NCBI GenBank assembly: GCA_000004985.1
Contig: GG738909.1
Length of the DNA: 64,000 nucleotides
From: Naegleria gruberi
Lineage: Eukaryota
Strand: one strand, 5' to 3'
In this document: positions 22,137 to 35,266 of the stretch, in pieces
Numbering within the stretch: the stretch's first letter is position 1
How the letters are laid out: each line of letters starts with the position of its first letter
The notes under the pieces: generated by a model
Told to the model about the DNA's origin: nothing
What the model saw: the letters and a program-made list of their open reading frames with translations, nothing else
Databases searched by the model: none
Translations under genes and position numbers: made by a program

Positions 22137-22392
22137 AAAAAAGACTACAGCACCACAGGTTCCCAAGTTGTCTCCAACCTCAGTACTGATGTGGCTCGAC
22201 GATGCTTAACTTCTCAAATCGGACGGGATGAGGTGCATTCATCGTGATATGGCCGTAGCCATTCATAAACCTAAAATATGAAATATATATGTATTCACCT
22301 CATCAAAGACGCAAGAATTGTTCGTGTAGTTCAATAACTTAAATTTATTCAAGCACAATAATCATTGATTTCTGATAGTGATATTGCCACTT
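22137..22392. repeat. Copy 2 of a roughly 290-bp duplicated block (copy 1 at 18505..18790). It holds the 5S gene plus about 160 bp of 5' flank, including a fragment homologous to the last 16 codons of gene 18739..21285.
   Basis: Near-identity over 18505-18645 versus 22137-22277 and 18721-18790 versus 22328-22392. The segment between them has diverged. Copy 2 retains the frame IKWQYHYQKSMIIVLE* versus IKWKYHDQKSMVIVLE* in copy 1. Confidence 0.8.
22143..22260 (-). rRNA. 5S ribosomal RNA gene, copy 2; sequence identical or near-identical to copy 1
   Basis: Same 118-nt sequence as 18512..18629 on the minus strand. Followed on the minus strand by a T6 run (plus 22137-22142 AAAAAA). Confidence 0.85.
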
Positions 22393-22804
22393 GATTGTTA
22401 GAACCATATCTCCCTTGATAGACAACATGAGCTGATTATTTACAACAATGGATGGGACACATTCCTATTCAATCACATCAAATGTTATATGTTCAAAACC
22501 ATCCATCAATCCAATTTTCCATCTCTTCATCTCTCTTAAAACCAACTCATCAAAATATTTTTTTAAATTTCGTATCACCACGGAATTCCCGCCTTCTTGT
22601 TCAGTTAAGGTTGCTATTGTCTGCTTATTCGCACCAACAAAAGAAAATAAAACAACAACAATAATAGTGTATCATCTATTAATATAACAATAAAAACACG
22701 GGAGGCATCCATCGTGTAATAATACATTGAGTATAGGTCTTTGGAAAAATTCAGTGAGAGGTTGAGAAAAAACAAATTCGTAAATAATAACGACTAGAAA
22801 AAAA

Positions 22805-25800
22805 ATGCAAAGTCTTAGCCCTACGGGAGGTTCAAGTGTAGATATTAAAAAGTTAGCCTCTGTAGGATCATCGGCCTCTTTGATATCTGCGAGAGGACAT
22901 CAGGAGAGTGCCATGTCTTCGGTTTCTGGAAGTAAGGACTGGTCTAATTTGTCAGTCTTTTCATCATTTATCAATAATTCGACTTTTCCAATTGAGGATT
23001 TACATAATGTTGCACAAGCTTTAAAGCCTCCGGAAAAGACGATTCCATCCTCTTCGCAAAAGGGACCAACAATATTTCCTAAATATCAAAAGAAGATTTT
23101 GATTAAATTTAAGGGAAGAACTTTCATCGATATTCCTTACTATCCTTACGTGAATGATGATGCGGAAACAGAATCAACAACATCAAAATCACCAGGACCA
23201 AACCAAAAGAAGAAACCTTCATCAGCATCAGGAAAACGACCTGGATCTTCTAATAGTACTAAAAAGGGAGCAAATAATTCTGCCATTTCTACAGAGAGTA
23301 ATACAACTACCAATGATGATGGTTCAATTCAAAAATTGTGGGAACACAGAGTGGTTTATTTTGTAGCAAGTAATTATGGAGGAAGTACAGGTTTTGTGGA
23401 ACTACATCAAACACTAATTGACTCACAAGAGTATAACATCGAGAAGGAACATACCATCTACATGGAAACCTTACAAGATTTAGTTTATTTCGAATCTTGC
23501 CCATTTGTATCATTTGTAATTAGAAGAGAATTTGATCCTGCCACACCTCCAACAACTGTAGAAAAGAAAAAGTCTTCTAAAAAGGAAGCAACTCCATCAA
23601 ATGCTGGAAATAAGAAAGATAATACACCTCCTGCACCAGGTCTTCCAGCAACAAATACCACAAAAAAGGTACAGAATAATATTGGTTCAGCAAATCAAAT
23701 ACCTTTGGAAGAACTACAGGAAGGAATGATTGCTGATATTAAGGCAGCTTTTGGAAGTCATTGCGAGATTCTCCATTCTTACAGAGCTTCGACAATTCCA
23801 CTATTTGTAAATGACAAGTTTGGCTATACAAAATGCAAATATGAATTTGTTTATAGTCCAAAGTACAAATATTGGTCTTCATTGTTAGACACTAAGAGCG
23901 AAACAGCCTCGAATGGTTTTGATGAGTCATTTAAATCAGAAGGTATTTCATCTGCAAGATTCAGTGTCAATGCCTTGTCATTTACGCCACCACAAGATTA
24001 TAGTGAATTTATGCACAATATTAATATTAGGTTTGAGGTAGCTGAAGGAGCAAGCATTCTCTCGGAAGATGTTCAAAACAAACTCAATCCAATGATGGTT
24101 TCAATTTCTTCACTGAAGGATCTCCCAAATGAAAGCTACCTATCTGATAGATGTAAGCCTGTTTCTGTATCGTATTCCATCAGAGGTAAAACTTTCAAAA
24201 CAAAGGGCTATCACCATGATTCACTGATTAATCTTGGCTATCAAAGGATTATTTATCTGGGAAATTCAAATGAGATGGAAATGTACAGAGATTATTTTAT
24301 CAGAATGCCAATAGTTTTCGAGACACACGACAGAGACCCTAAGGATGGTATCGCCAAGTTCTTTGGTAAATCAGAGGTAGCTCTTAAAACGTTAATTTTA
24401 AACTCTAGGGGAAGAGATATTTCAGACAATTTCCAAATTCAAGGCTACACAATACTACCAGACGAATACGAGAAGGCTGTAAAAAGAATTGAAGAGGAAA
24501 AGAAAAAGGCTCAAACTCAAGAAGAGGAAAAGAAGGCCAAACCGAACACAAAATCTCCAAAGAATTTGAATATGAAGAGTCCGTCTGTTGAATCTCCAAA
24601 GAATTCTCTCAATGATTCTGTATTTACTGTAGAGTATTCCATATTTGAGGGAAAATATGTCGAAAAGAAGAGTTCGATAAAGATTCAACTCAGATTTAAT
24701 ACACCATTCCCACAATTTACAGAGACTGAGAAGAGTACATATCCAATCATTTTAACCTTTGATTGGGAGAATGCCAATCTAATTCAAAAAACAGAACAAA
24801 TATTTAATCAATTTTTCATTAAGCCAATGCCAGCAAAGAGTCGATCAGATTTGTTTGGTGGCATGCCAAATTCAGGAACTATGAATGGTGGAGGAGCAAA
24901 TCTTTCTCCAGTCAATCAATTTAATACTCTGTCATTATCTCCAGAATCGGCTTCCTCAGACATGACTCCAGGAGGAAAGAATTCAGGAAAGGATGTTTTC
25001 AAACACTTTTGTGGATTTGAAATTTGCGATGGTAAGAAACGTTTAATGGTTATTGAGGCCACCTCAAAAGATGCCTTCAGGTACCTTACAGGGCATTTAG
25101 AAAAATACATATCCAAAGAAAATCAACCTGTAAATATAATGTATGACCCAACCTATTTCTATTCGAATAGACTCTATGAACAGCTTGTGCTTGGACCTAA
25201 ATCAGATAGGGCAGAAGATAAAAAGCCAGCTGGAAGGAGATCATCTGTTCAAATTGAGATTGATCAAAAGAAGCCAATCATTAGATTGAGACTCCAAGAT
25301 ACATTTGAAAATATCCTCTCCACAAAAGATATGTACATTAAGAACAAAAAGTCAGAGGATGTCAAGATACTATCAGCATTATCCAAATTGAATCACATCT
25401 TTATGGTGGACACTATTAATCAAGTGATTGAAAACAGTCTCCTTCCAGATTCCTCCCTCTTGATGAATATTAAGGAGAGACATTGTGATGACGGCCTAAT
25501 TGAAATTGATTCAATTATTGCTAATAACCAAAAGAAGAGACAAGAAGAAGAACAAATGCACACCAAACATATGAAGGACAAGGCAACAGAGGAGTTGTAC
25601 AAATCACCTCAAACTGTTGAAGATTTGGCTCTTCACTTGGGAGAGGAAATTGGTTTCGAGGGTATTCCACTCATTGAAACACCTCAACATTTACCTCCTC
25701 CAGAGAAGGTCTTATTTGAAGGGGAAGAGAAGAGAAAGAAGAATAGAATCAAGAACTGGAAGACAAATCCTTCAGGATTCTCTCTGGATGAAGTATCTGC

Positions 25801-26557
25801 ACCAGAGAAGAAATACTGGCTTTATATTCCTCATTTGAAAGGACATCTCATTGCCTCCTTCCCACCAATGGCAAAAGAACTTCCACCATACAATTTGCAC
25901 AGCTATATGACTGGTGTGTTGGTTCGTTCTGATAGAAAACATCCACCTCCAAAAATCAGAGCCTACACAGCTTTTGGAAGTCCTGGAACAAAGAATAGAA
26001 AACCTGAAATTACCATATCTCCGGATACAATATATTGCATTTTAGTTTCATCATGGACTCAAAGAGCTAGCACTCGAGTTGATAATCAACTTGATTCAAA
26101 GATTAGACAATCTCTCAAGAGAGCAGTTGGTTCACCAGGAAAGAACTACATTAGAGGAAATTTTTCCACAGTTAGAGAGCTATCCCAACAATCCTCCATG
26201 TATAAACAGCAAGAAGAAGTGGAAAGATCAAGCAAAAAATTCATTACAGTTCCAACCTATCCAGACCAGCGAAAGCAAACAGAAAAGTCAATCGAATACA
26301 GAAATACAGCACCTCCAACCAACAAGCCAACCTGGGTTAAAAGAGGTAAAACCTCTTCCGTGGAGGACAATAGACATCCAAAGAAACCAGATCAAGCCAG
26401 AATTGATGAACTCAACATGATTGACCTCTTTGACAAAACCCTAGAATCACACCGAGAAAACAAGAGCACACTCTTCTCCCCAAGAGGAGTAGCTCAAGAA
26501 GTAGTACCACCACCCAATCCACCAAACCTCTCCATCAAACTCCCTAAGCTTAAATAA
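22805..26557 (+). CDS. Hypothetical large protein (1250 aa), S/N/K-rich, no recognisable domain
   Basis: Single long ORF with coding-like composition. Mixed low-complexity and globular segments. No motif I can place. Confidence 0.6.
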   Translation: MQSLSPTGGSSVDIKKLASVGSSASLISARGHQESAMSSVSGSKDWSNLSVFSSFINNSTFPIEDLHNVAQALKPPEKTIPSSSQKGPTIFPKYQKKILIKFKGRTFIDIPYYPYVNDDAETESTTSKSPGPNQKKKPSSASGKRPGSSNSTKKGANNSAISTESNTTTNDDGSIQKLWEHRVVYFVASNYGGSTGFVELHQTLIDSQEYNIEKEHTIYMETLQDLVYFESCPFVSFVIRREFDPATPPTTVEKKKSSKKEATPSNAGNKKDNTPPAPGLPATNTTKKVQNNIGSANQIPLEELQEGMIADIKAAFGSHCEILHSYRASTIPLFVNDKFGYTKCKYEFVYSPKYKYWSSLLDTKSETASNGFDESFKSEGISSARFSVNALSFTPPQDYSEFMHNINIRFEVAEGASILSEDVQNKLNPMMVSISSLKDLPNESYLSDRCKPVSVSYSIRGKTFKTKGYHHDSLINLGYQRIIYLGNSNEMEMYRDYFIRMPIVFETHDRDPKDGIAKFFGKSEVALKTLILNSRGRDISDNFQIQGYTILPDEYEKAVKRIEEEKKKAQTQEEEKKAKPNTKSPKNLNMKSPSVESPKNSLNDSVFTVEYSIFEGKYVEKKSSIKIQLRFNTPFPQFTETEKSTYPIILTFDWENANLIQKTEQIFNQFFIKPMPAKSRSDLFGGMPNSGTMNGGGANLSPVNQFNTLSLSPESASSDMTPGGKNSGKDVFKHFCGFEICDGKKRLMVIEATSKDAFRYLTGHLEKYISKENQPVNIMYDPTYFYSNRLYEQLVLGPKSDRAEDKKPAGRRSSVQIEIDQKKPIIRLRLQDTFENILSTKDMYIKNKKSEDVKILSALSKLNHIFMVDTINQVIENSLLPDSSLLMNIKERHCDDGLIEIDSIIANNQKKRQEEEQMHTKHMKDKATEELYKSPQTVEDLALHLGEEIGFEGIPLIETPQHLPPPEKVLFEGEEKRKKNRIKNWKTNPSGFSLDEVSAPEKKYWLYIPHLKGHLIASFPPMAKELPPYNLHSYMTGVLVRSDRKHPPPKIRAYTAFGSPGTKNRKPEITISPDTIYCILVSSWTQRASTRVDNQLDSKIRQSLKRAVGSPGKNYIRGNFSTVRELSQQSSMYKQQEEVERSSKKFITVPTYPDQRKQTEKSIEYRNTAPPTNKPTWVKRGKTSSVEDNRHPKKPDQARIDELNMIDLFDKTLESHRENKSTLFSPRGVAQEVVPPPNPPNLSIKLPKLK

Positions 26558-26612
26558 AAAACAATTTTTAAATTAAATTTTGTGATTTCAAATATTTTTT
26601 TAAAATTAAAAA

Positions 26613-28309
26613 ATGAACGACAAGACACTTGTGGGCAAACTCGACAAGTTAACCAACACACAACAATCTATTCAAGGTTTGTATTGGTGATGATAGCATG
26701 ATGATTCGAGCAAGAACGGAATGATTTATATATTTATAAAATGTATCAACAACAATATGTTTTTATGATAAATGATCAAATTGGTTGAAAATATAATGAT
26801 GAATAATGATGACAATAACAATAATTTGTGTTGGAATTTTGTACGGAATGTATTCATGTGATTACACTTGATCCAAAATATCATGTAATGAACACTTGTT
26901 TGAACAACAACAAATTAGCCTTGTCACTTTGGGTTATTTACCACGTCAAGAAGGCTCAAGAAATTGTTTCCATTTGGGCTAGAGAAGCTAAGAAGGCAGC
27001 ACCAAATAGAAAATTATGCTATTACTACTTGGCCAATGATGTTATTCAAAATTCGAGAAAAAAGACCAATGCTTTTGTTGAACAATTTCAAGCAGTGCTA
27101 CCAGGATCACTCCGAGATAACATCTCACTCATGACAGAGAAGGATCGTAAGTCCTTGCAACGTATTTTCAGTATTTTGGAGGAGAGAAAGATTTTCACAG
27201 CTGATTTTTCGAGTGAGTGCAAGAGTGTTATTGATGGATCGCTTGGAGGTTCATCATCTAATACTTCCTCTGATAATTCTCGTAGTAGTGGTAGTGGTAA
27301 AGAAAGATCATCCGAGTCAAATCCTCTTAAGAGAGAAAGACCAAGCAGTAGTAATACTTCGTCATCTTCCAATGATGCCTTGACATTACTTGCCAACACA
27401 AATTCTGTTGTTAAAAGTCTTGTACAATTCAATGAAATTGTTCAAGCTAATCGTGTCGATCAAAAAAATTTCACAGATAATGATAAACTTGTTCAAGAAT
27501 GTAAACAACGAGTATTGGATAGACATGAATTGAGAGAAGATCAATTGGGTAAGTACATTTGTGGAAATGTGGATATATTTCTGTACTTTGAAAAATCAAA
27601 AACTAACTCGATAATTTTCAAATTAAATTTTCATTCATCCATTAATATATTTTCATTATTTAATCACATTCATTAATAATTTAGCTCATTCAACACCTTT
27701 CACATTAAAACAATTACAAGGTGATGTTGAAGGAGTGCTCACAAAATGCTCTGATTATAAATTTGCGCTTGCAAAGGAAAATAACAAACGAAAGGAATAT
27801 ATGACAGCACTAGAACAAGAATTGAACGAACAGAGAAACTTGTTTAATCAGTATAATGACTTGATTAAAGTATGTAGAACATGCAATGTTTTTAAAACTA
27901 ATCTCTTAAAACCTTACTTAAGGAATGGAATGATAATTACCTTGTCGATTTGCAAAAAATCTCAACCTCTCTCGAAATTCATCTCAATAGCAAACAATTC
28001 AATGGTAATGATGACGATGTATTGACGGGAGGTAATCAAGATGATGGCGATATTGTTGTTCCAACTTATTCTGATGACTTTTTCAAAGTGGATGAAGATG
28101 AGGTAGAGCCATCAAATAAAAAGTTGAAAACAGAACCAAGTTATGACGAAGATAATGAAGATTTATTCACTGAAACTAAGCCTATTTCTACAACCAATAC
28201 ACTCAATTTGGTTAACTCTATATTGAGTGCATTAGGAAACAAGAATACCAGTGGTTCTCACCAACCATCAGAGGAGTATGAACCTAATGAATATCCACCA
28301 TTCGATTAA
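26613..28309 (+). CDS. Rtt103/RPRD1-like CID (RPR) domain protein, C-terminal-domain-interacting type. Four exons: 26613..26676, 26919..27548, 27721..27869, 27923..28309.
   Basis: Exon 1 is MNDKTLVGKLDKLTNTQQSIQ, then a GTTTGT...TTAG intron. Exon 2 begins ALSLWVIYHVKKAQEIVSIWAREAKKAAPNRKLCYYYLANDVIQNSRKKTNAFVEQFQ. It is collinear with human RPRD1B (QSVQTLSLWIIHH...LNLLYLANDVIQNSKRKGPEF). Introns GTAAGT...ACAAG and GTATGT...TTAAG join the downstream ORFs in phase. Total length is 1230 nt, 410 codons. Confidence 0.8.
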
Positions 28310-28368
28310 CTTGTGTTAGTTGATCTAAGTTTACTTGTAAATTTATCGAATAAACCTTAAATTATTCT

Positions 28369-31300
28369 TTATTTCTTTTTGGAAGGATTTGTGTGAACTG
28401 AACGTTCATGTCTTCTCAAGTTGGAACAAGTAGTAAATGTCTTTCCACAACCTTCAACATTGCAAACGTATGGTCGTTCTCCTGTGTGAATTCTCATGTG
28501 AGTTTGTAAATCAGAACGACGAACAAACTTCTTGTTACATCCCTCAAATGTGCAAGTGTAAGGTTTGTTGCCAGAGTGAAGTCTCAAGTGGCGTTTAAGA
28601 TTGGCAAATTGGGCAAACTCCTTTCCACAAGCATCACATACATATTCACCTTTTGAGTTTTTGGTAGCATTCTCCTTTGTAACTCCTTTAGACAATCCTA
28701 CTTCATCATCATCGTCATCATCCAACTCAGCCAACTCGTCTTCAAGTGTTGAAGAGCTATTGACAAAGTGATTAATAGACATGGTCTCATTACTACTAGA
28801 ATCAATATTCAACCTTAACAGGTGAGTTCTTGTTGTTGTGGTTGCTGTACTTGGTGTTGATTGACCTTGTGAAGATATGGATGGTGAGTAATTTGGTGGA
28901 TTAAGCAAACTAGTATTCATGGCATTGGTAATGTTAGTAGCCAACAATTGTCTTGGACTTGTTGGTGCATTATATTGTGGCTGTTGTTGTTGCTGTTGTT
29001 CGAGCAATGCATTAGAGTGATAGGATAAATCCAATTGTTGTTGTGGTTGTTGATTGAACTGCATGTTTTGTGGAATATTTTGTTGAAGATTTTGCATGTT
29101 TTGCATCTTGAATCCATTGTTGTTAATGACATTATAGTTCATATTACCATTTTGAATATAGTTTGGTGTTTGCAAAATATTTTGTTGTTGAGGGTAGAAA
29201 TTAAGCTGCATTTGTTGGAGAGTATTATTATTGACATATTGGTTATTGAACTGTTGATTATTAAATTGATTTGTGACTGGATTTTGAAATTGATTAAAAT
29301 TGATGAATTGTTGTTGATTGTTTTGATTGTTTTGATTGTTTTGACTGTTTTGATTTACAAAAATGGTATGAGATTGAGGAATTTGGACATTAGTATTGTT
29401 AATTATTGGCTGTTGTTGAACTTGTTGGAGTTGTTGTGGATTGGTGAGGAGTTGAGTATAGCTTTCATCTTCGTTGGTAAGAGAAAGATTGCTCAAACTT
29501 CTATCAATATTCATAGTGTAATCATCTTGTTGATTGGAAACGATTGGAACGTTGGCAGGTTGAGAAAATTGTTGTTGGACTGTTGGCTGCTGTGTAAATT
29601 GTTGGAATTGCATTTGATTAAACAGAGCATTTTGCTGATAAAGATTTTGCTCTTGTTGTGATACTTGACTGTTTTGACCATTATTCGAAATGACAGAATT
29701 CCTCTTGAATACTTTTCCAAAAAATCCAAAAAGTTTGTTCTTGCCATTCGACTTTTCATCTTCACCTTGTTGAACTGGTGACTGTCTATTGTTTTGTTGG
29801 GAAAATTGTTGAAGATTATGGAAAGTTTGTAAATGTGGATTGTTCATATTGTTAGCTACATTCATAGATCTCTGTAACTGGTTATTGTTATATGGTACAT
29901 TTGTGGTGGAATTGATAAGATCATGAGAATTGAATTGTTCAAGGTTAGGTTGTTGCTGAGCTGCTTGATTGTGTTGTTGTTGAATAATTTGATTCATGTA
30001 AAGATGAGGACTCATTGGATAATCTTTCTGTTTCTTTTCTACGACATAATTGTCTCTTGGTTTTCTCTTTCTTTTGGTACCATGATCTTCCTCTTGTTCT
30101 ACCTCACGTGCTGAATATTCCGAATAACTAGATGATGTAATTTCAGATTCTTCAAATGAGCGAGAATAAGAGTTGTTGTTCTCTCTCAATAATTGTTGAA
30201 GTTGAGAAATTTGTTGGGCATTAACAGCATGTGGATCAGTGAGAGGGCTTGGTGATATTAAACTTCCAGTTGAAAATCTTCTTGAATCATTGGAATACTT
30301 GGTACCAAAATTTTCCTCTCTTGGTAAACTAGGTTCAATAATATCTAGCCCACCTCCTTCTTCAATATTATTCAAAATTGATCCACCAAATGAGGGAGTT
30401 ATCATCGATCCAAGAGAGAAGCGATGTCTTAAATTTGGAGTGAAACAATCGTTTTGTGTATCATCTGCACTGCTACCGTATGTGTATGCCATTGAGTTTT
30501 TCATTGGAGTGTGACTACTATTATTATTTTCCAAACTATTATTAATATTTAAGAATTTAGATTCTTTTCCAATTGGTTTTCCTTTTTCAGATGTATTATC
30601 TTGTTCGGTTGGAGGTGGTTTAACAATATTAATCAAAGGTTCAGGTTGTACTGTTTTTTGCTCTTTAGTTATCATTATTGGAATTGTTGGTTTTTCCTGA
30701 ACAGGAAGAGGTGGCTGATCATAGGAATCAATTCCTGGAAGCTTTTGATCATCTGCATTCATGTCCTCTTTGATTCTCTGGTATAGAGAAATACTATTAT
30801 TAAAGAGTAATTCACTAGAGTCGCCTGCTGTGAGGAGACATTTTGAGGTTCCAGACAATCTCAACTCTTGATTTTCTCCAAAACTATAACTCGAAGCATG
30901 CAACAATGATCCAAAGTTTGATAAATTTCCACTACTAGCATCCATACGATTGTAACTACTTCCTGGTTTGAGATTGGAGTCACCACTCTCACCAAAATGA
31001 TTTGGAATTAAAATATTACTCAATGATGGTGTATTCATGCTGCTCACTACTTCATCATCGTCATCATCTATGGTCGAACCACTTGGCACTGAAGTTGACA
31101 ACTTTTTTTGACGGTTAATATTGAGATAAATATTGTCAGAATCAGAAAATTCCATTGGTGAAGGTAAATTTGCTCCAATAGTCATTAACTGTAAAAAAGA
31201 TTGTCAAAATGATAGACGAAAGATCAATACTTACTGGTGTGCTCAGAAATTTTCTAGTCAATGCAAAAATTCCAGTTGCAATTAATGATGACCTAACATC

Positions 31301-32530
31301 ATCAATTCTCAACTTGGAAGTAATAACTGGACCTTTAGGGAACGGAGAACTGGAAAATATTGCACTCGGATTAATATTGTCACCAATTGGAGGAGATGAA
31401 GAAAATGATGACCAAACAGTTGAATTTGTTGATGTTCCCAAACTATTATTCACATTCTTTCTATTATCTATTCCAATAGGTGAATTTTTGATAAAATGTG
31501 GACTCTTCTTTGGAATAACAACATTCTCTTTCGCAATCGGTTGAGTAGAAGTACTTTGGTTGATCTGTTGTTGTGGCTGCTGATTTCTAGGAGATAAATT
31601 AAATGTAGTCGATGATGGTGAAGTCACCTGATGAGGCATTGAAGGAATTGGTTGTTGAGTATTTCGAGGAGAAACTCCACTATTCTTCTTTGAATGGGAT
31701 CGATGTCTCTCATAGGCAATCATTTGATTATTTGGAGAAACTCCAGCCGATGATGATTGATTCAGTGATGATAAACCTCCTTGTGATGTACCTCCACCTG
31801 AACCAGCAGGTGAAACAGGTGATGTAGAATTTGATGAGTTATTATTACTATTATTATTCATAAATAATTGAAATGAAGGCAATCCTCTATAGGATGAGGG
31901 TGCAATATGATCATGATGACTCTGACTACTCTCATCATCAATTAATTTTGATTTACTTTGAGTGGGTGGCAATCCCGATTGAACCAAATTAGTTCCTTGA
32001 TTATTATTATTAACATTACCAACATTATTAATTGTTAAATTATTAGCACTATTAGCTCTTGAAATATTATAAGGACCACTCGTGCTTGATGTTGTTACAT
32101 ATTGTTGAAGTTGTGGTGATGATATTGGGTTGTTTTTGTTGTAATTTTGATTGGCGGGAAAAGTTGTCGAAGAAACAAGAGAAAAATTGTGATGATGATT
32201 AACACCGACTCGCATGAAGGTTTCTTCCGTTGTGGTTGCCGTGTTGTTGTTATTAGTATTATTATTTGATGCAACAACAGAGGTGTTACTTGATGATGAC
32301 GTCGGATATTGGTGATGGTAATTGGGAGGCTGGTAATTATAATGATGATGATTATTGTGATGGTGATGATTATCTAGAGTTGTTGATTGTTGTTGCTCTA
32401 ACAACAGGTTGCCTTTATTGTTGGTTGTCGTCATTGGACAAAAACCACAGGCGAGTAGAGGTTTGTTGGTGAGTTGATCTGGTAATGGTGATGGAAACAA
32501 GATTAAAGGAGTTTTTTTCTTGAATGTCAA
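28369..32530 (-). CDS. Large C2H2 zinc-finger protein of about 1370 aa: three C-terminal C2H2 fingers, and the remainder N/Q/S-rich low complexity. Two exons: 32530..31235 and 31188..28369.
   Basis: C-terminus: YVCDACGKEFAQFANLKRHLRLHSGNKPYTCTFEGCNKKFVRRSDLQTHMRIHTGERPYVCNVEGCGKTFTTCSNLRRHERSVH. The 462-aa and 938-aa track ORFs are joined in phase 0 by a 46-nt intron (GTAAGTATTGATC...TTTTTTACAG, 31234..31189). The upstream ORF's read-through stop lies inside the intron. Confidence 0.7.
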
Positions 32531-32748
32531 ATGTCCTCAGGTCAATTTGGTGATGGTTGAGCAATGACCAACCACACTTAATTGCAAACAGAAAGATAAT
32601 AATCCACTCTTTGTCTTTTAAAATATGGCTCCTTATTTCTTCTTTTTATTTCAAGTTTACAATTCACAAGCTATTCCAATAATTAGAAACCCCAAACACA
32701 ACAATCACAGAGTGTCACTGAAATTTTAAATTTTTAAATTTAAAAAAA

Positions 32749-34619
32749 ATGCAAAACTTGTCTTTGGATGATATCTTTTGTGTGATGGAATTTTTGCCCA
32801 GTCATGATTTGGCGAATGCTCTGATGACTTGCAAGGAGTGGTATTCCTTGGATCAATTTGAACCATTCTGGAAGACAATTCTACAACACTATCTTACTTC
32901 AAATATTATTTTACTATACGGAAAGATTGTCGGAGTTCATAAAGTCTCCATGACGATCAAAAATTATTGGGATCTGCCAAAGGTGAAGAAAACACTTAAA
33001 ACAGGTAATACAAAGGAAAAGAAGGCATTAATTTCATCTTTGAGATCTCTCAAGACGAAAAAAAACTCTAAACTCTTTACTATAGATAGATCAATATTGA
33101 ATATGTTTCTTACCTCATATGATATTCACATATTGCAGGATAAGACAGCTTCTAGAGAGTCTTTGAAAAAATTTATTATTCATGATGAAGAAGTTGGACC
33201 AACAGATGAAGAAATGGATGAATTTGATAATGGAGAAACGTCATCAGAGAGCAAGAGACCAGCAGTGATTGGCAAAAGATTCAAATACTTGATGGAAAAG
33301 CAATTATACTCTAAGAGAACTGTTATTATTTCTACATTCTTAATATCAACAAGAGTAATTATTATCATCGTGCAGATGAGGCTTTCATACTTTCATTATT
33401 AAGTACATGTTTAGGAAAGGAATATAGAAGTGAGACGTGTTCCGTAGAGGATTACCAACTTGGAAAGGAAGCCTTTTCATTATTTTTCAAATTTCATGAA
33501 CAGTTAGATTATGCTGACAAATGTTGGGCCTCAATATTAGATTTGTGCGTTATGAGCTTGAACGAGTTTGTAAAAGTAGAGGATTATGAGGAGGTTTTGA
33601 AAAAGATTTTGGAGGTCAAATATACTTTCAGTATTGATCTCTCATTGGTTGAATATATATTTTTCCAAACTGATTGCTGTACGAACGGTCTTCTGCCATT
33701 AATAACACAAATACTTGAAAAAAATAGAATGGAGGGCTCCTTTACAAATTACATGATGTATCAGAGTATATATGATATGACTGATGAGCTGAAACTTGCT
33801 AAACAAGTTGCTGACTATTTTACATATTTGGAAAAGTTCAGAACTCGTGAACAAATAATGCAAAGTCACCTTAATGATTTTATTATTTCATCAATGGGAA
33901 GATTGCCAGATACTTATATTGATGAGCTCTTGAAGCTATATCCTATTGATCTTAATTCAGTTTCATTCTCCGATTGTGCACGATTTCAAGTTACTGAAAA
34001 GATCCTAGAGATTGCCAATAGAAGAGGAATTTATTATCCTCTAGAGACTGTAGAGAAAGCCATTGTCGACATATATTACACTCGCTCTTCCTATAATACC
34101 ATCAAATACATTATGGAGCACTATAATTTGGATATTTACGAGATTGAGAAAAGAACCAAATTTTTCTCTAGATTTTTAGGATCGCTCTTAAGATATGATA
34201 TCAATACTGAACAATTGAAATCAAATATTGAAACAATATTCCCAAACTCACCAATAGAATGGAAAAAATTGGCAAGCATACATGATGGAATTAATGAAAT
34301 TACTGAAAGAATCATTAGTCTTGTTCAAACTTGTTGTGAGAGACCGTCAGGTGAAGAGTTACTTTATTTAAGGGAGTGTTTTACACCAAATATTTTTGAT
34401 CTGAATGTCATGGTACGATCACTGTCCAATGCAACACCTGCATGTTCCCTCACTCTCTATAATCTTACCATGTATTCTGAAGATGAGAAACTCTCTGACC
34501 ATATGGATAGAATGCTTAATGAGCAAGATTTTTCACATTTTACAGGTATTGATTTTGCAAATTACGGTCCATCAGATCCTAGATATTTAGTAGCAGTTTA
34601 TCGATTTGTCCACCAATAA
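32749..34619 (+). CDS. F-box domain protein; likely two exons (32749..33354 and 33435..34619) with a C-terminal domain of unknown function
   Basis: N-terminal LSLDDIFCVMEFLPSHDLANALMTCKEWYSL is an F-box. An 80-nt candidate intron (GTAATT...GTGAG, unusual GAG acceptor) joins it in phase to the 358-aa ORF. The two may instead be separate genes. Confidence 0.45.
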
Positions 34620-35266
34620 ATCATATTTAATAACAATAGATTCAATCAGGAACATTATGTCTAAAGATTAAATGCAAGAGAATTGTCAATATTGACAAAT
34701 TCTATCGGACTGATTTCAAATGAGGGAATGAGCCTATATCTATTACAACTCGTACGAATGGAATCTTTGGAATTAATAATAATTGGCATCCGAGTTTTTC
34801 CGAAAGGGCTCACTTTCTCTCAATTTCTTCCTCCCGCAATCGCAAGTTTAATCCGGTTGTAAAATAGTGGGATAACAATAAGGAAGAGAGTCGTTATCTT
34901 TGTGAGGTATTGGCACATGCCAATAATCCTTTTCTCCTTCTCACTACAGACCAATTCAAAGAAGTATCAATTCCATGATGATGTTGCTCCATTGGAGGAT
35001 CATCAAAATTTCAATCAATTTCCCATTAACATTTGAACTCTCTCTTGAAAATACGTGTTTTCTTCTCTTTCTCTTTACAACATTAAGATATTTTCTTCAA
35101 CTTTCAATATTTCCCGAATCGACCTATTTAAAGAGTAACAAACTTCGCTCAAGTGTTGGATAAATCAAACTTAAAAAAAACTCCTCATCTCTTTTCCGCG
35201 TTTTTTCAGAGCCTTGTTGAAAAGAGAAGTTTTAAATAGATTCAAAAAGAGAGATTTATATAAAGA

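Noticed and set aside
29035-29661. 208-aa plus-strand ORF (L/I-rich)
   Set aside because: Antisense of the CAA/AAC-rich low-complexity region of the C2H2 zinc-finger gene. It is an artefact of repeat composition.
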